A stretch of DNA of 24,000 bases, from positions 1 to 24,000 of the forward strand of contig NZ_AWGA01000024.1 in assembly GCF_000471645.3 (NCBI RefSeq), written 5' to 3'. Source of the stretch: Candidatus Schmidhempelia bombi str. Bimp (GTDB lineage Bacteria > Pseudomonadota > Gammaproteobacteria > Enterobacterales > Orbaceae). Positions within the stretch are counted from its first letter, which is position 1; every line of letters begins with the position of its first letter. The position numbers were made by a program, and so were the translations under genes. Under the pieces are notes generated by a model. The model made no database searches. It was given only the letters and a program-made list of their open reading frames with translations, and was not told where the DNA came from. Below, piece after piece: positions 11,582 to 21,146 of this stretch.

Positions 11582-11735
11582 ATTTTACCTTTAAGTTTCA
11601 AAATGACAGTGCTTATAATAACCGTTGCTAGAATAACAATAAAGAGTTCTGATTAATTAACTTTTAACTTCCTATCTTTGATATGTTACCATTGAGCATG
11701 GTTAAATTAGGGGATAAATGGCAAAGAGGTAGCAT

Positions 11736-12518
11736 GTGAATAGCAAAATAAAAACGATATTTATTACGGGCTGTTCAAGTGGCATTGGGTTGGTTGCTGC
11801 AAAAGGGCTGCGTGATAGAGGCTATCGGGTTATTGCTGGGTGCCGAAAACCAGCGGACTATGAGCGGTTGGTGCAACTTGGTTTTGATACGGTTTTAATT
11901 GATTTGGATGATGCAAATTCAATTGAGCAGGCGGCAAAACAGGTACTATCATTATGTAATGGAACATTATTTGCTTTGTTTAATAATGCTGGATTTGGTG
12001 TATATGGTTCGTTAATGAGTATTAGCCGAGCTCAATTAGAATCACAATTTTCGACTAACGTATTTGGGGTACATCAATTAACACAACTCTTATTGCCTGT
12101 TATGCTACCCCATGGTTGTGGCCGTATTATTCAAACTAGCTCCATTATGGGATTTATTTCTACTCCAGGACGTGGTGCTTATGCCGCTAGTAAATATGCA
12201 TTAGAAGCATGGTCTGATGCTTTGCGTTTAGAATTACGTAGCACAGGGATAAAGGTATGTTTAATTGAGCCCGGTCCTATCAATACAGCATTTACTCGTA
12301 ATGTCAATCAGACCGAACAGCACCAAAAGGTCGAAAATCCGCCGATTGCCAAACGTTTTGCTTTACCACCTGAGGCGATTTTACCTTGTTTATATCATGC
12401 ATTAGAGAGCCCATCGCCTAAGATTCGCTATAGAATTACTTTGGTAACCAAGGTATCAGCCTTCCTTAAGCGTCTACTTCCAGATAAGCTTATGGATTTA
12501 ATCTTAAAAAATAAGTAA
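11736..12518 (+). CDS. Short-chain dehydrogenase/reductase (YbbO-like)
   Basis: Contains the cofactor motif TGCSSGIG, plus NNAG and the catalytic YAASKYALE (YxxxK). GTG start with AAGAGG 6 nt upstream. It sits next to cnoX/ybbN, as ybbO does in E. coli (from my recall of that gene order). Confidence 0.85.
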   Translation: MNSKIKTIFITGCSSGIGLVAAKGLRDRGYRVIAGCRKPADYERLVQLGFDTVLIDLDDANSIEQAAKQVLSLCNGTLFALFNNAGFGVYGSLMSISRAQLESQFSTNVFGVHQLTQLLLPVMLPHGCGRIIQTSSIMGFISTPGRGAYAASKYALEAWSDALRLELRSTGIKVCLIEPGPINTAFTRNVNQTEQHQKVENPPIAKRFALPPEAILPCLYHALESPSPKIRYRITLVTKVSAFLKRLLPDKLMDLILKNK

Positions 12519-12614
12519 TATTCAATTAAATTTTAATCAGTTGCCACATTTAAAATTGAGATAATAATACCTATTATGAAATAATAGCTAATTCGCTTAA
12601 ACATAGGATAGATT

Positions 12615-13484
12615 ATGCAAAATTCATCAATTATGGATATAACTGAACAGAATATACAAGACGTATTAGCCCCATCTAATCCGTTACCAATACTTTTTTA
12701 CTTTTGGTCTGAGCGTAGTCCACAGTGTCAAGAATTGACAGCAACGTTAACTAAATTGGCTAATCAATTTGCAGGACAATTTATTTTAGCGAAAGTCAAT
12801 TGTGATGAACAACCAATGTTAGCTGGGCAATTTGGTTTACGTGCCATACCGACCATATATTTATTCCAAAATGGCCAACCGATTGATGGTTTACAAGGTC
12901 CCCAATCTGAAGCGGCGATCAAACAATTACTTGAACCTGTATTGCCAAATGAAGATGAACAAAAATTAAATGAAGCTAAACGATTAGTCAATGAAGGTGA
13001 TTACAATCAAGCATTGCCTTTATTAAAACAAGCGTGGCAACATTTATTAACCCCAACAGGTAAGCATCGCTCAGATATTAGCTTATTATTAGCTCATAGT
13101 TATATTGAACTTAAGCAATTAGATGATGCGCAGCAGCTATTAAGTTCTATTCCAATTCAAGATCAAAATTCAGAATATCATGGATTAGTTGCACAAATTG
13201 AATTGTTAGAACAGGCGGCAAATTCGCCTGAGATTCAGCAACTACAAGAGCAACTTACACAACAGCCACAGAATACGGATTTAATGATTCAGTTAGCGTC
13301 ACAGTTACATCAAGTTGGGCGTAATGAAGAAGCATTAGCAATGTTATTTGCTCCTTTAATGCTCGATTTAAATGTGGGTGACGGGCAGGTGAAGAAGGTG
13401 TTATTAGATATGCTCTCTGCTATTGGTACCAATAATCCATTAGCCAATACATATCGTCGTAAACTCTATTCATTACTGTATTAG
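12615..13484 (+). CDS. cnoX: Thioredoxin-fold/TPR co-chaperone CnoX (YbbN)
   Basis: 289 aa. PILFYFWSERSPQC (no CXXC, as in YbbN), FILAKVNCDEQ, QFGLRAIPTIYLFQNGQPIDGLQGPQ, LHQVGRNEEAL and the C-terminal YRRKLYSLLY are close to E. coli YbbN. Confidence 0.93.
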   Translation: MQNSSIMDITEQNIQDVLAPSNPLPILFYFWSERSPQCQELTATLTKLANQFAGQFILAKVNCDEQPMLAGQFGLRAIPTIYLFQNGQPIDGLQGPQSEAAIKQLLEPVLPNEDEQKLNEAKRLVNEGDYNQALPLLKQAWQHLLTPTGKHRSDISLLLAHSYIELKQLDDAQQLLSSIPIQDQNSEYHGLVAQIELLEQAANSPEIQQLQEQLTQQPQNTDLMIQLASQLHQVGRNEEALAMLFAPLMLDLNVGDGQVKKVLLDMLSAIGTNNPLANTYRRKLYSLLY

Positions 13485-13499
13485 TAAGCTATTTTTTAT

Positions 13500-13526
13500 A
13501 AAAAAGGCGTATGATACGCCTTTTTT
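13500..13526. terminator. Bidirectional rho-independent terminator between convergent cnoX and ycbZ
   Basis: Stem GGCGTA (13506-13511) pairs with TACGCC (13515-13520) around a 3-nt loop. It is flanked by an A-run (13500-13505) and a T-run (13521-13526). Confidence 0.85.
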
Positions 13527-13550
13527 ATTTAATAAAGCCTTATCGCTAGC

Positions 13551-15302
13551 TTATCTTTTAAATAGACGCGTTAGCCAATGATTAGATGTTGGTCGTTTAT
13601 CTTGCAACAAGGCTTGTTGAATACGACTTTGTACCATATGATACAAATTAAGCGCGTGATTATTATCTTTATAAGGTATTCCTGTCAATAAATATAATGC
13701 TTCTGCGACATGTTCCACTGTCCAGATATGAAATTGCTTGTTGGTTACCGCCATAACAATGTCATCATTTAAGCAAAGATGGCTTTGATTTGCCGATGGA
13801 ATAATCACACCTTGCTGACCCGTTAATCCTCGATGTTGACAAACGGCAAAGAAACTTTCAATTTTTTCATTCACACCACCAATAGCTTGTACATGACCAA
13901 ATTGATCCACTGATCCGGTTACGGCAACTTGTTGATCAATAGGTTGCATCGCCAAAGCGCTAATCAACACACATAATCCAGCCAGTGAGGCGCTATCGCC
14001 ATCAATTTCATTATAGGATTGCTCAAAAACTAAAGAGACAGAAAAAGGTAATTGATTATAAAGGGCAAATTCAGCAGTAATAAAGGCTTGCATAATCATC
14101 ATGCCTTTTGAATGTAGATTTCCAGCTAGTTCGCTTTTTCTTTCAATATCAATAAATTCACCATCACCAAAGTGTACTAAACCACTTAAGCGAGCGGGTT
14201 GACCAATGGCATGCGGATAACCAGGATATTCGATCACCGATAATCCGTTGATTTGACCTATGATTTCGCCTTGCGTATCAATCGTTATCATATTAGAAAA
14301 AATTTCATGTTTAAAACGATCGATTAAATAACTTTCACGCCACTGTTTTTGTTGTAATGCTTGTTCAATACAGTGCTGATCGATTTTATCGACTGCCAAT
14401 TGTGCCGCATTAGTTAATAAGCCGTAAATCCAATCAGGTGAAAGAGGTAAATATTGCTGATCTTCAGTGTGACGCACTGCCGCTTTTAGTATAGGAAAAT
14501 AGGCAGATGAGGTCAGTTCAGGTAATTGTTGAGATTGTTGTATAAATTTAAGGTACCCTGCCCAAGTAGCTAATTCGTGATCAGATTTCCAAAGTAATTC
14601 ATTTTCAAATTCGGCATAAAGTGATGATTGATAAAATTCAGGATCAAACTCTTGTAGATCAGAAAGGCTTAACCGATCACCAATTAACATAATTCGCAAA
14701 TCTAATGGTAGAGAAGGAACATTATAGGGTAAAGGTGTATTATCATCGCCAGATAACCAATTAAATTCCCCTTTTATTACCATACTTTTTAGTTTAAACC
14801 ATAACTCGGGTTTATTTAATAACGTACGTAAACCTAAAATAAGTATGCCACCATTAGCGTTATGTACTAAACCAGTTTGAAGTTTGATCTCTTCGCCCTC
14901 AGGGTGTCGTACACAGCCAAATAACATTTCACTATCAAACCATTGTGCATATAAACAGTTGTCATTGGTACCAAAATTTTCTTGGCGGTTTTGTGATTTA
15001 CGCAAAATTATTTTATTGTTGTTTATATGATAAGTATATCCAACTAAATCATTATCACTAGGCAACACCCTTTTTACCGCTTGATGATACAGTGAAAATA
15101 ATAAATGGCTTTCAGATGACTTAATTAACATAAAGCGGGGATCAAAATGCTGACGATTTTGTGGACAAAAACGCGCCAAAGCTGAAGCTAAACGCGGCTG
15201 TAATGATAATAGATTCGAAACCGGTTGAGCAGCATTAAAGATCGTCTCTGCATTTTCTATATGAGGTTGAATTTGTTGCGAAGATAATTGATGAATTGTC
15301 AA
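13551..15302 (-). CDS. ycbZ: Lon-like serine protease homolog, YcbZ family (S16 domain; no P-loop)
   Basis: 583 aa versus 586 aa for E. coli YcbZ. The N-terminus MTI matches E. coli MTITKL. GLVHNANGGILI, IGQINGLSVIE, HSKGMMIMQAF, the catalytic-Ser block EIDGDSASLA and the Lys block GGVNEKIE are all conserved. TTG start codon. Confidence 0.88.
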   Translation of the reverse strand: MTIHQLSSQQIQPHIENAETIFNAAQPVSNLLSLQPRLASALARFCPQNRQHFDPRFMLIKSSESHLLFSLYHQAVKRVLPSDNDLVGYTYHINNNKIILRKSQNRQENFGTNDNCLYAQWFDSEMLFGCVRHPEGEEIKLQTGLVHNANGGILILGLRTLLNKPELWFKLKSMVIKGEFNWLSGDDNTPLPYNVPSLPLDLRIMLIGDRLSLSDLQEFDPEFYQSSLYAEFENELLWKSDHELATWAGYLKFIQQSQQLPELTSSAYFPILKAAVRHTEDQQYLPLSPDWIYGLLTNAAQLAVDKIDQHCIEQALQQKQWRESYLIDRFKHEIFSNMITIDTQGEIIGQINGLSVIEYPGYPHAIGQPARLSGLVHFGDGEFIDIERKSELAGNLHSKGMMIMQAFITAEFALYNQLPFSVSLVFEQSYNEIDGDSASLAGLCVLISALAMQPIDQQVAVTGSVDQFGHVQAIGGVNEKIESFFAVCQHRGLTGQQGVIIPSANQSHLCLNDDIVMAVTNKQFHIWTVEHVAEALYLLTGIPYKDNNHALNLYHMVQSRIQQALLQDKRPTSNHWLTRLFKR

Positions 15303-15550
15303 AGTATTTTCTTTAATCTAAGTGAATAATTTGGCTAATTATACAGGATTTATTATGACAACTGATCAAAATTTTACAGAAAAATTCGTCGTAATCAGTT
15401 ACACTATGTTAGCTACTAAATTATTTAATTTAATCAAATAAACGTCATCAGGCGATTTTTTAATGGCGATAAAATCAATAGCGATAGTTTATTGTTTTAG
15501 GTAATTTAGATTACGGTTATAACCAATATAAGTGAAATAGTCAAAATAAT

Positions 15551-17356
15551 ATGCAACTCAATATTAAAAGTTATCATAAACACCGCGACGATACCTCTCA
15601 AATTATTAGTTGGGGGCACTGGTTTACCCTTTTTAATATCGTCATCGTCACTATTTTAGGTAGTCGCTATGTGTTTATTGCTGATTGGCCAGCCACTTTT
15701 TGGGGGCGGTTTTATGCCATTATAAGTAGTATAGGTCAATTCAGTTTCTTGTGTTTTGCGTTTTATGTCGTTTTATTATTTCCTTTAAGCTTTGTTATTC
15801 GTTCTGCGCGTTATACGCGACTGATTGCAACTTTTATTGCGACGATTGGTATTACATTATTATTAATTGATATTGAGATTTTTTCCCGATTTAGGATGCA
15901 TTTAAATCTGACGATTTGGGAGATTGTGACCGCGGGTAAGGATAATATTTTATCTCGCGAATGGCAGAAGCTATTTATCTTTGTGCCATTAATTTTTTTG
16001 GTCGAAATATTTTCTTCGTTTTTAATTTGGAAAAAATTACGTAGTTTAACTAAACGGCGCCGCTATACTAAGCCAGTTGTTACGGTTTTAATTGCTAGCT
16101 TTTTTTCATCGCATTTTATTCATATTTGGGCGGATGCTAATTTTTATCGCCCAATTACCATGCAGCGCACAAGTTTGCCTCTCTCTTATCCTATGACTGC
16201 CCGTCATTTTTTAGCTAAGTATGGATTTATTTCATCAGAAGAGGCTAATTATCGTGATATAAATCAAGGAAATCCATTTGCCATGCCGATTGAATATCCG
16301 CTAGCAAAAATTGAATTTAATAAAGACAAATCACCATATAATTTATTGATTATTACCATTGATAATATGGCTGCGGCTTCATTATCCAGTGATAATACGC
16401 CATTTTTAAGCAATTTTGCCGCGAGCAACCAGTTATTTACTCACCATTATAGTGCAAGTAATGTCTCTTATTTAGGGTTATTTTCTCTTTTCTATGGTAT
16501 TGATTCAAATTATTATAATAGTATTATGGCTAGTCATGAGTCATCGGTATTATTAGATACCATCACTAAGCAGCAATATAGCCTTGGACTTTTTTCCTCG
16601 GATGGGTTTAATTTACCATTTTATCGTAATAGTTTATTGTCTAATTTTAGTCTACCAACAACAGAATCTTATACCAATAAAGAAACTACGGATCATTGGC
16701 GACAATGGCTAAATAATTTAGAACAAGCTCCTGTTAATACCCCTTGGTTTTCATTGATTAATTATCAACTGTTTGATAAAGATTATAAATTAGATTCAAC
16801 TAAGCCCTTAACCGTACAAAATTATCAACATGCATTGCAACGTTTTGACAAACAGTTATCGCGAGTAATTAATTACCTTGAAGAGAAGGAGATAGCAGAT
16901 AGTACCGTGATTGTGATCACAGCGGCGCAAGGTATTGAATCCGTCAATGGTAAAGTAAGTGTAGGACACGCTAAAAATGATTTTGGACGTGAATTGTTAC
17001 ATGTTCCTTTAGTTATAGCTTGGCCGCAGAAACCAGCAGCAGTCATTGCGCAAGGAACTTCTCATACGGATATAACCCGCACGCTCATGCAAAATCTATT
17101 GCATGTCACAACGCCAGCAGAACGATATTCGCAGGGTGCTAATTTATTTGCATTGCCAGCAATGCGTAACTGGTTAATCGCAGGTAATGAAACTCATTTA
17201 GCTGCCTTATACATAGATAAAACGGTGGTGATTGATGCTTTTGGACACTATAAGATCTATGATGTAGATAATCATGCGTTTAAACAGCAAAAATTAGATT
17301 TAGCAACATTCTTACAACTTGTCACCTCGAACCGTCGTTTTATGGTGACACATTGA
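15551..17356 (+). CDS. yejM: Inner-membrane LPS/cardiolipin homeostasis protein YejM (PbgA/LapC), sulfatase-like periplasmic domain
   Basis: 601 aa. SWGHWFTLFNI, GSRYVFIADWP, KLRSLTKRRRY and ADANFYRPITMQRTSLPLSYPMTARHFL are almost identical to E. coli YejM. The ending ...NRRFMVTH resembles E. coli ...EKRFIAN. Confidence 0.93.
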   Translation: MQLNIKSYHKHRDDTSQIISWGHWFTLFNIVIVTILGSRYVFIADWPATFWGRFYAIISSIGQFSFLCFAFYVVLLFPLSFVIRSARYTRLIATFIATIGITLLLIDIEIFSRFRMHLNLTIWEIVTAGKDNILSREWQKLFIFVPLIFLVEIFSSFLIWKKLRSLTKRRRYTKPVVTVLIASFFSSHFIHIWADANFYRPITMQRTSLPLSYPMTARHFLAKYGFISSEEANYRDINQGNPFAMPIEYPLAKIEFNKDKSPYNLLIITIDNMAAASLSSDNTPFLSNFAASNQLFTHHYSASNVSYLGLFSLFYGIDSNYYNSIMASHESSVLLDTITKQQYSLGLFSSDGFNLPFYRNSLLSNFSLPTTESYTNKETTDHWRQWLNNLEQAPVNTPWFSLINYQLFDKDYKLDSTKPLTVQNYQHALQRFDKQLSRVINYLEEKEIADSTVIVITAAQGIESVNGKVSVGHAKNDFGRELLHVPLVIAWPQKPAAVIAQGTSHTDITRTLMQNLLHVTTPAERYSQGANLFALPAMRNWLIAGNETHLAALYIDKTVVIDAFGHYKIYDVDNHAFKQQKLDLATFLQLVTSNRRFMVTH

Positions 17357-17385
17357 TTTAGTTAATACCCTAAAGTTAAATATAG

Positions 17386-17413
17386 AAAAGCGATCTATTA
17401 TAATCGCTTTTTT
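17386..17413. terminator. Shared hairpin terminator between convergent yejM and minE
   Basis: Stem AAAAGCGAT (17386-17394) pairs with ATCGCTTTT (17403-17411) around an 8-nt loop. There is a T6 run on the plus strand, and the A4 run gives U4 on the minus strand. It abuts the minE stop at 17415. Confidence 0.7.
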
Positions 17414-17414
17414 A

Positions 17415-17687
17415 TTATGGTTTATATTCTATTTCATCATCCGGTAAGGTTACATTAAGTTCCAGTACCGTAATGTCGTCACTTTTTTGTTCAAATTGTA
17501 ACGACATCGTTGATGGATCTACCTTGATATATTTGCTAATTACATTTAATAAATCACGACGTAGTTCTGGTAGGTAACTTGGTTCACTATCATAACGACG
17601 TCGCTCAGCAACAATAATTTGTAAACGTTCTTTTGCTATATTCGCTGTACTCTTCTTAGGAGATAGGAATACATCTAGCAATGCCAT
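17415..17687 (-). CDS. minE: Cell division topological specificity factor MinE
   Basis: 90 aa. [30 protein letters not shown] is the conserved MinE N-terminus. It lies 3 nt downstream of minD. Confidence 0.96.
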   Translation of the reverse strand: MALLDVFLSPKKSTANIAKERLQIIVAERRRYDSEPSYLPELRRDLLNVISKYIKVDPSTMSLQFEQKSDDITVLELNVTLPDDEIEYKP

Positions 17688-17690
17688 ATA

Positions 17691-18503
17691 TTAGCCTCCA
17701 AATATCCGTTTGAAAATTCCTTTCTTTTCTTCATTAATAAAACGATAAGGTTTCTGCTCGCCAAGGAGACGTGAAACCGCATCACTATAAGCTTGTCCCG
17801 CATCAGACTGTTTGTCAAGTATCACTGGCTCACCCTGATTTGAGGCCTTTAATACTGCTTGACTTTCTGGAATGATACCAAGTAAAGGAATACGTAATAA
17901 CTCAATAATATCTTCGACACTTAACATATCACCGATATTCACTCTTTTAGGATTGTAACGTGCAATAAGTAGATGTTCTTTAATCGGTTCTAAACCTTCA
18001 ATAGCACGTTTAGATTTTGAACTAAGGATACCAATAATCCGATCCGAGTCACGTACTGACGAGACTTCAGGATTGGTAACAATCACTGCTTCATCCGCAA
18101 AATAGAGTGCCATTAAGGCCCCTGTTTCTATTCCAGCCGGTGAATCGCAAATAATAAAATCAAACGCCATCGCTTTTAATTCATTAAATACGTTTTCTAC
18201 TGCTTCAATAGTTAATACATCTTTATCTCGAGTTTGTGATGTTGGCAAGATATATAAATTATCAGTGCGTTTATCTTTTATTAATGCTTGATTTAATGTG
18301 GTTTCACCTTGAATAACATTAACAAAATCGTACACGACTCTGCGTTCACATCCCATGACTAAATCTAGATTACGTAAGCCTACATCAAAATCAATAACGA
18401 CTGTTTTTTTCCCATTTTGGGCAAGCCCTGTTGCGATGGATGCACTTGTCGTGGTTTTACCGACCCCACCTTTACCAGACGTCACGACGATAATTTTTGT
18501 CAT
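17691..18503 (-). CDS. minD: Septum site-determining ATPase MinD
   Basis: 270 aa. It has the deviant Walker A GKGGVGKTT, DSPAGIE, and a C-terminal amphipathic helix (KGIFKRIFGG). Confidence 0.98.
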   Translation of the reverse strand: MTKIIVVTSGKGGVGKTTTSASIATGLAQNGKKTVVIDFDVGLRNLDLVMGCERRVVYDFVNVIQGETTLNQALIKDKRTDNLYILPTSQTRDKDVLTIEAVENVFNELKAMAFDFIICDSPAGIETGALMALYFADEAVIVTNPEVSSVRDSDRIIGILSSKSKRAIEGLEPIKEHLLIARYNPKRVNIGDMLSVEDIIELLRIPLLGIIPESQAVLKASNQGEPVILDKQSDAGQAYSDAVSRLLGEQKPYRFINEEKKGIFKRIFGG

Positions 18504-18510
18504 ATATCCC

Positions 18511-19203
18511 TCATTTATAATTTATAACTTTTGTTAATTCTTCAAATTGTAATTTGTTGTCAGATAAGCTTATGATAACTGCGTTTTTATAAAATTTTAA
18601 TGGAATTTGCTCGCTAATCCAATAATTACCGGCGATGGAGACTAATTCTGCTTCAATATGCGTACAGAAAATTTTCGCATCTTGTCTGCCGCTGGCACCC
18701 GCAATCGCCTTCCCTCGTAAGCTATTAAAAATATAGATGTTTCCATCAGCAATAATTTCAGCACCTGTATTGACTAAATTATACACAACTAAGTCACGAT
18801 CTTTAGCATACACTTGTTGCCCAGAGCGAAGAGGTGTCGTTAAGTAAAGTGGTGGTTGCCAAGCTGGTTTCAGCTTAGTCGCAAGCCGAGGTGGTATTTT
18901 ACCTTCATTGAGAATGGTAAAGCCTGTATTAGTTAGCCTCTTTTTCTTAATAGTGTTACAACCACTAAACCCAATAATATTTATCCCCGTTAAACGAACG
19001 GCTTTACTAATAGCCATAATATCAAAATTATCATCCAGTAAAGAAACATTAATGACTACTGCCGCTTTAGTTAGTAGATTAGGTGCTTGCTGAATTTTAG
19101 CTTGTAATGCTGATTGTATTGCTTTAGGTTCAGTGCTATTAAGATATATAACAGGCAACGTAAATGAACTACCTTTAAATTCGATAACAGATTCTGTTTG
19201 CAT
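18511..19203 (-). CDS. minC: Septum site-determining protein MinC
   Basis: 230 aa. It is first in the minCDE order. The C-terminal beta-helix region has the RSGQQVYA..DLVV...V..GAEIIADGNIYIF..LRG.AIAG pattern typical of MinC. Confidence 0.92.
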   Translation of the reverse strand: MQTESVIEFKGSSFTLPVIYLNSTEPKAIQSALQAKIQQAPNLLTKAAVVINVSLLDDNFDIMAISKAVRLTGINIIGFSGCNTIKKKRLTNTGFTILNEGKIPPRLATKLKPAWQPPLYLTTPLRSGQQVYAKDRDLVVYNLVNTGAEIIADGNIYIFNSLRGKAIAGASGRQDAKIFCTHIEAELVSIAGNYWISEQIPLKFYKNAVIISLSDNKLQFEELTKVINYK

Positions 19204-19243
19204 GATTACTATCTTTTAGTCATTATTCAAAATATAAACCCTA

Positions 19244-19252
19244 TGTTATAAT
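19244..19252 (+). promoter_or_regulatory. Extended -10 promoter element upstream of ycgL
   Basis: TGtTATAAT (TG at 19244-19245, TATAAT at 19247-19252), 36 nt upstream of the ycgL ATG, in the divergent minC/ycgL spacer. Confidence 0.45.
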
Positions 19253-19287
19253 TAGCGCTCTTTATAGGCAAGGGAAACAAGTCATAT

Positions 19288-19536
19288 ATGTGGTGTTTTA
19301 TTTATCGTAGTCAAAAAAAATCAGATAGTTATTTATATATTGATAAACAAAATGATTTTTCAGTCGTGCCTGAAGCATTAATGAAAGTGTTCGGGGCCCC
19401 GATCTTTGTGATGCGGCTATGGTTAAATGATGAAAGAAAAATGATGGCAGCGTCGCCCGCCGAAATTCGTAAGACAATCAGTGAAAATGGTTATTTCTTA
19501 CAGATGTTAAATGATAGTGATTTTCAGATAAAATAG
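19288..19536 (+). CDS. ycgL: YcgL-domain protein (UPF0745)
   Basis: MWCFIYRSQKKSDSYLYIDKQNDFSVVPEALMKVFG aligns with E. coli YcgL [36 protein letters not shown]. Confidence 0.9.
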   Translation: MWCFIYRSQKKSDSYLYIDKQNDFSVVPEALMKVFGAPIFVMRLWLNDERKMMAASPAEIRKTISENGYFLQMLNDSDFQIK

Positions 19537-19546
19537 GCGACTTATT

Positions 19547-20614
19547 ATGAATAAAACGTTATTTAGATTATTGTCACTCCTGTTATTCGTGATGGTGATA
19601 TTAAGTTGTAGCGATAAAAATAACTCAGATAATATTATAGGTATTTCCGTACAAGCGGAACCAAAAAGTCCGAAAGTACCAATTTTTGATTTGCCTCGTA
19701 CGCCAGAAAATTTTCCAGCCTATACGGAAGCATTGAAACAGTTTGCTCGACTAAATGGTATTAGTGACAAAATTATCGAAATAGGATTTAATCATATCTA
19801 TTTCCTGAATCATGTGGTCACAGCGGATAAGAATCAACCTGAAAAAAAAATCACCTTGTCACAATATTTGACCCGTATTGTGTCTGACAATCGAATAAAG
19901 TTGGCTAAACAGAAGAAAAATCAATACTTTAAACCTCTACTACATACACAGCAAGTAACAGGGGTGCCCTTAGAATATATTGTCGCTTTATGGGGAGTGG
20001 AAAGTGGTTATGGGGTTTACCAAGGAAAAGAAGATGTTATTTCTGCTTTAGCGACACTGGCTTTTGAGGGACGACGAGAAGCTTTTTTTAGTCGAGAATT
20101 GATTGCAGCATTAAACGTGTTACAAAAAGGTTATATTACCAAAGATAAATTTAAAGGTTCTTGGGCTGGCGCGATGGGTCATTGTCAATTTATGCCATCA
20201 TCGTTGCTCAACTTTGGTAAAGATGGTGATGGTGATGGTATTATTGATATCTGGAATAATCCTAATGATGTTATTTCATCAATTGCTAATTATTTAGTTA
20301 TGGTTGGATGGGAATCTAATGGATATTGGGGTAATAAAGTTAAGTTACCAGAACAGTTCGATCGGTCGCTGATTGGATTAGATAATAATAAAGCGAGAAC
20401 TATTTCTGAATGGCAGGCATTGGGTGTTAGTTTCGATGATAAAAAAGCGAAACCAACAAACAGTAATCAAGCATGGATTATCTTACCTGATGAGCAAAAT
20501 TACACCAGCGGATATATTGTTTATCACAATTTTAAAACCTTAATGCATTGGAATCGATCTTACTTTTTTGCAATTGCTATTGGTACGCTAGCAGACAACC
20601 TAATGGAGAAATAA
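19547..20614 (+). CDS. Lytic murein transglycosylase, MltB/Slt35 (GH103) family, probable lipoprotein
   Basis: WGVESGYG (catalytic Glu region), [16 protein letters not shown] and the EF-hand-like loop [11 protein letters not shown] align with E. coli MltB (GVETRWG, GSFAGAMGYGQFMPSS, GDGHINLW). The N-terminal signal peptide ends in ILSC, an imperfect lipobox. Confidence 0.88.
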   Translation: MNKTLFRLLSLLLFVMVILSCSDKNNSDNIIGISVQAEPKSPKVPIFDLPRTPENFPAYTEALKQFARLNGISDKIIEIGFNHIYFLNHVVTADKNQPEKKITLSQYLTRIVSDNRIKLAKQKKNQYFKPLLHTQQVTGVPLEYIVALWGVESGYGVYQGKEDVISALATLAFEGRREAFFSRELIAALNVLQKGYITKDKFKGSWAGAMGHCQFMPSSLLNFGKDGDGDGIIDIWNNPNDVISSIANYLVMVGWESNGYWGNKVKLPEQFDRSLIGLDNNKARTISEWQALGVSFDDKKAKPTNSNQAWIILPDEQNYTSGYIVYHNFKTLMHWNRSYFFAIAIGTLADNLMEK

Positions 20615-21057
20615 TGGCAGCAAATGATATAAATAGACCTTTTTGGCTTAATAAAACATTAAATGAAATGACCGAAGAAGAGTGGGAACAGTTATGTGAT
20701 GGTTGTGGATTATGTTGCCTAAATAAATTGATCGACGAGAATACGGATGAAATTCTTTATACGAATGTCGCTTGTGACCAGCTTAATAGTGAAACTTGTC
20801 AATGTAACCATTATCACGATCGGTTTAGTTACGAACCTGATTGTATTAAATTGACAAAAGAAAATGTGACAGAAATTCCATGGTTACCTAAAAGTTGTGC
20901 TTATGGGCTTATTTTAAATCATCAACCTTTGCCAGATTGGCATCCGCTATTAGCTGGAAATAAAGATAAAATGCACCAGCAATTGATTTCAATACGGAAT
21001 CGTGTAGTTTATGAAAAAGATGTCATTTGTTGGGAAGATCACATTATTGATTGTTAA
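20614..21057 (+). CDS. ycgN: UPF0260 protein YcgN (Cys-rich)
   Basis: [39 protein letters not shown] aligns with E. coli YcgN ...[32 protein letters not shown]. I place the start at ATG 20614, which overlaps the upstream TAA by 1 nt (ATAATG), with GGAGA 5 nt upstream. The track's start at 20548 would overlap the transglycosylase by 67 nt. Confidence 0.9.
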   Translation: MAANDINRPFWLNKTLNEMTEEEWEQLCDGCGLCCLNKLIDENTDEILYTNVACDQLNSETCQCNHYHDRFSYEPDCIKLTKENVTEIPWLPKSCAYGLILNHQPLPDWHPLLAGNKDKMHQQLISIRNRVVYEKDVICWEDHIIDC

Positions 21058-21078
21058 GTAATAAAAGATTGCAGATAA

Positions 21079-21102
21079 TAAAAAAAAGCGCCATACGGCG
21101 CT
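21079..21102 (-). terminator. Rho-independent terminator of the orphan 171-aa gene
   Basis: Stem AGCGCC (21087-21092) pairs with GGCGCT (21097-21102) around a 4-nt loop. The A-run at 21080-21087 gives U8 on the minus-strand transcript. It lies 44 nt downstream of the orphan stop. There is no U-tract in the plus orientation. Confidence 0.8.
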
Positions 21103-21146
21103 AAAGGGGCAAACGAAATTTACTATTAAATACTATGATAAAAAGA

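Noticed and set aside
13551-15302. Lon-like protease as a possible defence-system component (BrxL-like or similar)
   Set aside because: It aligns end to end with E. coli YcbZ, including the N-terminus. It is flanked by housekeeping cnoX and yejM, with no methyltransferase, helicase, nuclease or other defence-type neighbours.
15451-15486. Three GCGAT motifs spaced about 14-16 bp apart upstream of yejM
   Set aside because: The motifs are only 5-6 nt long, the spacing is irregular and the flanks differ. This is indistinguishable from chance.
17691-18503. ParA/MinD-type ATPase as a possible partition or mobile-element marker
   Set aside because: It sits in the canonical minC-minD-minE order with tight spacing (7 and 3 nt). 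It has the MinD C-terminal membrane-targeting helix.
20548-20613. Track ORF start at 20548, which would give a 169-aa YcgN overlapping the transglycosylase by 67 nt
   Set aside because: The extension ([22 protein letters not shown]) has no counterpart in E. coli YcgN. ATG 20614 has a GGAGA Shine-Dalgarno sequence and the homologous N-terminus.
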